Positions 58,076 to 64,000 of a DNA stretch of 64,000 bases are shown here, piece after piece. The first letter of the stretch is position 1. Every line of letters begins with the position of its first letter. Made by a program: the position numbers and the translations under genes. The notes under the pieces were generated by a model that was given only the letters and a program-made list of their open reading frames with translations, did no database searches and was not told the DNA's origin. The stretch comes from an uncultured bacterium (GTDB taxonomy: Bacteria; Patescibacteriota; Patescibacteriia; UBA9570; XYC2-FULL-38-9): assembly GCA_937996685.1 (NCBI GenBank), contig CALKUP010000002.1, positions 23,003-87,002 on the forward strand, given 5' to 3'.

Positions 58076-58837
58076 ATGGTAAATACATTCAAAGGCGTGG
58101 CTTACGAGATTTTGAAAGAGGTGGGTAAGCCCCTTCACGCAGATGAGATTACGAAAATCGCTCTCGAGCGAGGGTGGTTAAACACAGCAGGAAAAACACC
58201 AGCGGCAACGATGAACGCTCAGCTTGTCGTTGATGTAAATAAAAATGGTGAAAAGTCTCTTTTTGTGAAGACTGGACCGAGTACATTTGCTCTCAATTCA
58301 GAAGTTCGATTAGCAAAGAAAACTAGCCTTACAGAAGAGCAGGAAGAAAAGGAGTATGCGGTTTCCAGTACCTTAATGTCGGTTCAAAAGGGAAACATCG
58401 TTGAGGCGCGTGTATCAGAATTAGTGTTATTATATGGAGCGAACTTGTCATGTTATCGGCCACTGACTGATGACGAAGGAATTGATCTGATTGTAAAAGA
58501 AAAAGGGAGTCTCAAATCCATTTACATTCAGATTAAAAGCAACTTTAGTGATGATTTTGGAAAACCGTTTGTGGCAACAGTTCGGAACAAGAGTGTAGTC
58601 GATAATTATGCTATGGCGTATGTGTTCTGTTTATTTGATACTGGAAAAGCTGATGTTCACGATTATATTTGGTTTGTGCCCGCCCCTGATTTTATTCGCA
58701 TGGCAGGTAAAGACAAGAATGATTTACTTGGTTTTGTGTCTGGCAAACAGAAGAAGAGTAGCAACAAGTGGGATGCTTTTATGATTGATAAAAGAGATTT
58801 AGCGAATAGAGTTATGGAGCAATTAAAACGCATATGA
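58076..58837 (+). CDS. HARE-HTH plus PD-(D/E)XK endonuclease
   Basis: AYEIL...PLH..EI...GKTP.ATM.AQL; KG...E, DEGIDL, IQIKS. Confidence 0.85.
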   Translation: MVNTFKGVAYEILKEVGKPLHADEITKIALERGWLNTAGKTPAATMNAQLVVDVNKNGEKSLFVKTGPSTFALNSEVRLAKKTSLTEEQEEKEYAVSSTLMSVQKGNIVEARVSELVLLYGANLSCYRPLTDDEGIDLIVKEKGSLKSIYIQIKSNFSDDFGKPFVATVRNKSVVDNYAMAYVFCLFDTGKADVHDYIWFVPAPDFIRMAGKDKNDLLGFVSGKQKKSSNKWDAFMIDKRDLANRVMEQLKRI

Positions 58838-59010
58838 CAACAAAAGATTTTTACACCGCACAAGAACTCGCCGAAAAGTTGGAGGTAAATATCATGACGA
58901 TTTACCGATACATAAAGGCTGGAAGGCTTAGTGCTTACAAGATAGGGAAGGAGTTCCGAATAGCAAAAAAAGACTTTGATACATTTTTGAAAAAAGCAAG
59001 CACAAAGTGA
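58834..59010 (+). CDS. Excisionase-like HTH_17 DNA-binding protein, 58 aa
   Basis: FYTAQELAEKLEVNIMTIYRYIKAGRLSAYKIGKEFRI; ATGA overlap; not in ORF track. Confidence 0.9.
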   Translation: MTTKDFYTAQELAEKLEVNIMTIYRYIKAGRLSAYKIGKEFRIAKKDFDTFLKKASTK

Positions 59011-59014
59011 ACGT

Positions 59015-60940
59015 ATGACAACAACACAACAAATTCTCAATAAAATTTTCAAAAACCCCGAGCAGGACCTTTTGATGTTTGATGACTTGTCCAAGATAGA
59101 CATCTACGAAAAAGATGAAGGAAAGTTCTACATCAAGGCTATTTCAAAAATGGATGAAGAGAAAAAAGTTTATGATGCTAAAACTGGAAAAGGCGCTCCT
59201 GAAGAAATTGTTCGACAGCTGTATCTTGTAAAACTCACAAAGCATTACAAGTACCCCAAAGACCTTATTGAGCTTGAAAAGCACGTCAACTTTGGACGTG
59301 AAATAAAGCGTGCAGACATTGTTGTGTACCGACCAGATGGCATTACACCTAAAATCATCATTGAAGTAAAAGCTCCTAATCAAGAGAATGATGTACAGCA
59401 ATTGAAGTCATATCTAAATGCTGAAGGCGCGCCTGTGGGTGTTGCGGTAAACGGCAAAACTCGCCTCATTCTTTATCGTCCATACCCGAAAGATTTTGAT
59501 GACACATTGGATGACATTCCAGCTTCAGATGAAGAGGTTGAAGACGTGCTTGCAAAACGAAAGACCCTGAACGACTTGAGAGAAGATGACCTCAAGGAAA
59601 CTATCAAAACTCTTGAAGAGCTTGTGCTTGCAAACTCAGGACACGATAGCTTTGAAGAAATCTTCAAGATCATATACGCCAAGCTTTTTGATGAAAAAGA
59701 AGCATTAAGCCGTCCAAATCAAGAGCTTCACTTCAGAAAAAGTCCGACAGGAAAACCCGAAGAAACAAAACGCATCATTGACGAACTTTTTGAAGAAGCA
59801 AAAGCAGAATGGTCTGATGTGTTTGAGCGTACTGATAGGATAAAGCTCAGTCCTGAGCATCTTTCTGTGTGTGTCGGGGAACTTCAAGATGTTCGATTGT
59901 TCGGGGCAAACCTGCGCATTATTGATGAAGCATTTGAGTATCTCTTGCCAGATGTTGCTAAAGGCAAGAAAGGTCAATACTTTACACCGCGCGTTGTCAT
60001 CGATATGTGTGTTCAGATGATGAACCCGCAAAAAAAAGAATACGTTATTGATACTGCTTGTGGGAGCGCTGGTTTTTTGGTGCATGCCATGCAGTATGTT
60101 TGGAAAAATTTACCCACTCTTGAAGCACGGAAAGAATATGCAAGTAGATATTTGTGGGGTGTAGATTTTGACGAGAAATCAACAAAAATTAGCCGCGCAA
60201 TTATGTTGATTGCGGGAGATGGCAAGAGTCATATTTTCAAGTCATCTTCATTAGATACCCGAGAGTGGCCTGAGCGTTTCAAAAGTGAATTACAAGATTT
60301 GAATCTTGTACAGGAGTTTGATGACTATGAGCAAAATCGAGAGAATCGAGCTACATTACAACACCTCGAATTTGATGTGCTTCTCGCTAATCCGCCATTC
60401 GCAGGCGAAATTAAAGAGAAGCATCTCTTGACTCAGTATGTTCTTGGTAAAAACAATAAAGGCAAGCTTCAAAATAAGGTAGAGCGACACTTGCTCTTCA
60501 TTGAACGCAACCTTGAGTTTGTAAAAGCAGGTGGTCGTTTAGCGGTTGTGTTGCCACAAGGCATCTTTAACAACACAAGCCAAGAGTATGTTCGCAAACA
60601 CATAATGCGGAAAGCGCGCATTCTTGCGGTTGTAGGGCTGCATGGAAACTCTTTTAAGCCTCACACAGGAACAAAGACATCAATCATCTTCTTGCAGAAG
60701 TGGGCAGATGAGGAGCTTGATGCAAGCGGTAGTCCGAAGGTTGCTGACTATCCGATTTTCTTTGCTACTCAAAAGCAATCGTTCAAAAATAACAGTGGCG
60801 ATTACATCTTTGAGAAAGACAAGGGCGGTCAAATTGTTAAAGACGACAACGGTAATCCTAAATATCTAAGTGACCTTGATGAAATCGCTGAAGCGTTTGT
60901 GGCTTGGGGCAAAGAGCAAGGTCTTAGCTTTCTGAAATAA
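59015..60940 (+). CDS. Fused restriction nuclease (HsdR-N-like) and N6-adenine methyltransferase, type IIB/BcgI-alpha-like
   Basis: PEE.VRQ, RADIV, IEVK; GQYFTPR, DTACGSAGFL, NPPF. Confidence 0.9.
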   Translation: MTTTQQILNKIFKNPEQDLLMFDDLSKIDIYEKDEGKFYIKAISKMDEEKKVYDAKTGKGAPEEIVRQLYLVKLTKHYKYPKDLIELEKHVNFGREIKRADIVVYRPDGITPKIIIEVKAPNQENDVQQLKSYLNAEGAPVGVAVNGKTRLILYRPYPKDFDDTLDDIPASDEEVEDVLAKRKTLNDLREDDLKETIKTLEELVLANSGHDSFEEIFKIIYAKLFDEKEALSRPNQELHFRKSPTGKPEETKRIIDELFEEAKAEWSDVFERTDRIKLSPEHLSVCVGELQDVRLFGANLRIIDEAFEYLLPDVAKGKKGQYFTPRVVIDMCVQMMNPQKKEYVIDTACGSAGFLVHAMQYVWKNLPTLEARKEYASRYLWGVDFDEKSTKISRAIMLIAGDGKSHIFKSSSLDTREWPERFKSELQDLNLVQEFDDYEQNRENRATLQHLEFDVLLANPPFAGEIKEKHLLTQYVLGKNNKGKLQNKVERHLLFIERNLEFVKAGGRLAVVLPQGIFNNTSQEYVRKHIMRKARILAVVGLHGNSFKPHTGTKTSIIFLQKWADEELDASGSPKVADYPIFFATQKQSFKNNSGDYIFEKDKGGQIVKDDNGNPKYLSDLDEIAEAFVAWGKEQGLSFLK

Positions 60941-60942
60941 CT

Positions 60943-62358
60943 ATGTCTTGGCAAACCATTGTAAAAGAAAATAAGCTCGCAGTAGCAGAAATACCTTTTG
61001 ATGAGGTATTGAATATCAATCGGCTTGATGCTGAGTATTTTGACCCTTTTTACCTTGAGCAAGACAGTGTACTCAATGGTAAAAATCTTGTTCCAATCAC
61101 GCAGTATATTGATATTTCAGACGGAAATCACTTGTCTATTACGGAACATTTTGTTGAAGAGGGAGGTGTTCCTTATTTTCGAGGACAAGACGTAAACAAC
61201 ATATTCCTCAACTCAGCGAGCCCGATGAGGATATCAGAAGAAATCTACAAAAAGGGTTGGATGAAGAGATCTCATTTTAAGGCTAATGATATTCTGCTTT
61301 CCATTGTAGGTACTATAGGCGGCTTATCCTTTGTCCCTGACGATATGGGTGAAGCATCAGGTAGTTGCAAAATAGCAATACTCAGACCAAAAGACACATC
61401 CTTTTCAAAGATTGTCATGGTCTTTCTGCTTGGAAAGTATGGTCAGTATCAACTAAAGAGAATGACCCGTGGTGCAGTGCAAATGGGTATCATTCTTGAA
61501 GATATACCTAAAATTAAAATCCCTAATTTTTCAGAAACAATTGCTTCAGAAGTAAGTCACTTGATTTCAAATGTATTTGAAAGCGAGACTCTGTCACGAA
61601 AACGTTACGAGGAAGCAGAGCAGATGCTTCTTAAAGAAATTAACCTTGAAGGCTACAAAGGAACTGAAGAAGCTGTATCGGTTCGAAACTTCAGTGAAGC
61701 ATTGTCTCATAATCGTTTTGATGCAGAGTATTGGCAGCCTGACTATGATGTCATTCTTGATACGCTCTCATCATATAAAAAAGGTGTCAGCACTATAGGT
61801 GATGAGTTCAAACAACTCAAAAACAATTTCAAGAAGGACAAGGAAAAAGAATACAGCTATATTGAGATTGGCGATGTTAATGTATCGACGGGTGAAGTGG
61901 ATAGAAACATAATCATCGGTGCTGAGTTGCCTGCAAACGCCAAAATCAAGCTTGGTAAGCGACAACTCATCACTTCAAAGGTCAGGCCAAATAGAGGTGC
62001 AACAGCTATACTTGATGATCACGAGGGTTATATCGGAAGTGGTGCATTTACCGTATTGACCGAGCAAGAAAACATCAATCTTGAAACGCTAATGGTGTTC
62101 CTGAAAATGCGACCTATCCGAGAGTTGCTTCTACGATACAACACGGGAACTTCATATCCCGTTATCACTGATGCTGATGTACTGAAGTTGCCAATACCTT
62201 TGATTGATAAAGTGGTTCAGAAGAAAATCAGCGAACTTGTAAGTGAGTCCGCTAAAGAGCGACAGGAAGCAAAGGCTTTACTCGAAAAGGCAAAGCGAGC
62301 TGTAGAAATCTTTGTTGAAAAGGATGAACAAAGCGCATTAAAATATCTTCAAGCATGA
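60943..62358 (+). CDS. RM specificity (S) subunit with two TRDs
   Basis: Two RxDAEY-initiated halves with conserved IP/helical spacers. Confidence 0.88.
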   Translation: MSWQTIVKENKLAVAEIPFDEVLNINRLDAEYFDPFYLEQDSVLNGKNLVPITQYIDISDGNHLSITEHFVEEGGVPYFRGQDVNNIFLNSASPMRISEEIYKKGWMKRSHFKANDILLSIVGTIGGLSFVPDDMGEASGSCKIAILRPKDTSFSKIVMVFLLGKYGQYQLKRMTRGAVQMGIILEDIPKIKIPNFSETIASEVSHLISNVFESETLSRKRYEEAEQMLLKEINLEGYKGTEEAVSVRNFSEALSHNRFDAEYWQPDYDVILDTLSSYKKGVSTIGDEFKQLKNNFKKDKEKEYSYIEIGDVNVSTGEVDRNIIIGAELPANAKIKLGKRQLITSKVRPNRGATAILDDHEGYIGSGAFTVLTEQENINLETLMVFLKMRPIRELLLRYNTGTSYPVITDADVLKLPIPLIDKVVQKKISELVSESAKERQEAKALLEKAKRAVEIFVEKDEQSALKYLQA

Positions 62359-63878
62359 AAGCAGTCATCCTAGCTCGAGTATCAACGGAAGAACAACGAG
62401 AAGCTGGAAACTCTTTGCCTGCACAGATTGCCCGTATCGAAAATTATTGCGATAAGAAAAACTTCATTGTAGTTGAGACTTTTAGTTTTGATGAAAGTGC
62501 ATATAAAACAAAGCGAGACGAGTTTGATCGTATTCTTGAATATCTCAAAAATACCAATGAAAAAATTGCGGTCTGTTTCGATAAAGTAGATCGTCTGTCA
62601 CGCAATCAATTTGATAAACGTGTTTCGTTGCTTTATGAAAAAGCGGTTGCAGGAGACATTGAATTGCATTTTATTTCAGATGGTCAGGTTATCAATGATC
62701 AAATGTCTGCTGTTGAGAAGTTTCAGTTTGGAATGAGTCTCGGTTTAGCAAAGTATTATTCAGACGCTATTTCTGACAATGTAAAACGTGCATATGAGCA
62801 AAAACGTCGAAAAGGTGAATGGATAGGCAAAGCTCCCATTGGCTATAAAAATGCTGTTGATCTAAAAGGAAATAAAACAATTGAAATTGATGTCATAGTC
62901 GCGCACTTACTTGCAAAAGTATTTGAGTTATATAGCACAGGTAATTATTCGTATGAGTCGATTATTGATGAGCTCACAAAGCAAGGATTAAAAACTCAAG
63001 GAGGTAAGCGAATGACCAAGAGTGTAATTGAGAAGATTATAAAGAATCCGTTTTATTGTGGCATCGCTAGTTCACCGACTCACGGACAGTATCCGCACAA
63101 GTATGAACAGTTGATTACAAAGGAGCTGTTTGATCGCTGTCAGGAGATCCGTTTGAAGAAGCGAAAATTTCCAAATAAAGAGAAATCGGAGAAGTATGTA
63201 TTTAAGGGATTGTTGCGCTGTCAAAATTGCGGCTGTGCCATAACGCCAGAAAAGAAAACGAAACCAAGTGGTAAAACCTACACCTATTATTCTTGCACGA
63301 ATGCGAAGAAGATATGCAAACGTGTGTATGTTTCCGAAACCGAGCTTCTAAGGCCCGTAGAAGCGATTTTAGAGCGTTTTGAGCGTATTCCTGTAGCCAC
63401 GCAAGATAAGATTGTTGAATCGCTCCGTAAGTCTTCTGAGGCAGAGGTTGAATTTCATAAGGCTCAAGTGCTACGCATCCGACAAGATCAAGATATGTAC
63501 ACACAGCGGAAAGATGCCTTGCTCGATCTTTTGCTTGATAAGAGTATTACCAAGGAACAGTATGACAAAAAATTGCAGGAATACAGCGACAAGCTGCAAT
63601 TGCTCAACATTGAATACGAAGAACATACAAAAGCGGACTGTGATTACCAAACCACAATAGCCACAGTGTTTTCTTTAGCTCGACGTGCAAAACAAATCTT
63701 TTATAGTTCTGAAATCAATGAGCAACGTGCGTTTATTCGATACTTACTTCAGAACCCGACTGTAAATGAAAAGAAGCTACATTTTACAGTAGCTTCTCCA
63801 TACAATTCTCTCCTCGAACTATCTGATAGTCCTTTTGTGCGGGAGCGACGAGACTCGAACTCGCGACCTCTGCCGTGA
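62355..63878 (+). CDS. Large serine recombinase (resolvase, recombinase, Zn ribbon, coiled coil)
   Basis: ARVSTEEQ, DRLSR, APIGY, NPFYCG, C..C...YY.C...C; C-terminus read from the tRNA antisense strand. Confidence 0.95.
   Translation: MKAVILARVSTEEQREAGNSLPAQIARIENYCDKKNFIVVETFSFDESAYKTKRDEFDRILEYLKNTNEKIAVCFDKVDRLSRNQFDKRVSLLYEKAVAGDIELHFISDGQVINDQMSAVEKFQFGMSLGLAKYYSDAISDNVKRAYEQKRRKGEWIGKAPIGYKNAVDLKGNKTIEIDVIVAHLLAKVFELYSTGNYSYESIIDELTKQGLKTQGGKRMTKSVIEKIIKNPFYCGIASSPTHGQYPHKYEQLITKELFDRCQEIRLKKRKFPNKEKSEKYVFKGLLRCQNCGCAITPEKKTKPSGKTYTYYSCTNAKKICKRVYVSETELLRPVEAILERFERIPVATQDKIVESLRKSSEAEVEFHKAQVLRIRQDQDMYTQRKDALLDLLLDKSITKEQYDKKLQEYSDKLQLLNIEYEEHTKADCDYQTTIATVFSLARRAKQIFYSSEINEQRAFIRYLLQNPTVNEKKLHFTVASPYNSLLELSDSPFVRERRDSNSRPLP
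63838..63846 (+). repeat. att core, right copy
   Basis: TGCGGGAGC at the tRNA-Asp acceptor 3' end. Confidence 0.8.
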
Positions 63879-63913
63879 CAGGGCAGCGCTCTAACCAGCT
63901 GAGCTACGCCCCC
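63840..63913 (-). tRNA. tRNA-Asp (GTC), CCA not encoded
   Basis: GGGGGCGTAGCTCAGCTGGTTAGAGCG...CTGTCAC...TTCGAGT...CGCTCCCG. Confidence 0.95.
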
Positions 63914-64000
63914 GTATTGATTGCAATATACGATGAATTGCTCACGCAGTATATAAGAAAAAGAAAAATCTGTCCAGAGGGGCCTTGTTTCGGCGGTTTT

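Larger units (their letters stand above)
53899..63846. mobile_element. ~9.9 kb integrative element in tRNA-Asp (serine recombinase, Rep, RM/nuclease cargo)
   Basis: Flanking TGCGGGAGC repeats matching the tRNA 3' end; recombinase at the boundary; Rep and Xis-like genes. Confidence 0.88.

Noticed and set aside
53899-63846. Prophage or conjugative ICE interpretation
   Set aside because: No capsid, terminase, morphogenesis ATPase, T4SS or coupling protein genes.
1-64000. CRISPR array or cas operon suggested by the Cas4-like domain
   Set aside because: No regularly spaced repeats and no cas1/cas2 seen.

Overview
Gene-dense bacterial chromosome segment, moderately AT-rich, standard genetic code. 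Gene content and style (few Shine-Dalgarno motifs, many near-leaderless starts, short RelA/SpoT, class II RNR, heliorhodopsin, many orphans) suggest a Patescibacteria (CPR) genome; this is an inference. About 1-53.9 kb is mostly housekeeping and transport: NYN nuclease, ABC-F, heliorhodopsin, heterodimeric ABC exporter, ferric reductase and two cytochrome b5 proteins, nrdJ with NrdR and DnaA boxes, HU, H1-like protein, PadR operon, tRNA-fMet, tRNA-Leu, parAB, rsh, topA, folC, dprA, queG, mfd, a GC-rich metK, DEAD helicase, typA, P-type ATPase and mgtE. 53899-63846 is a ~9.9 kb integrative element in the 3' end of tRNA-Asp, carrying a rolling-circle-type Rep, small unannotated ORFs, two nucleases, a BcgI-like RM pair and a large serine recombinase. 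The att core lies inside the recombinase gene, so integration/excision is predicted to swap the enzyme's C-terminus. Other highlights: a putative small RNA antisense to the NYN RNase 3' end, riboswitch-like leaders before the P-type ATPase and metK, a shared 17-bp operator in the element, and an initiator tRNA lacking the canonical three G-C pairs. All calls were made by eye; no database searches or folding programs were run.
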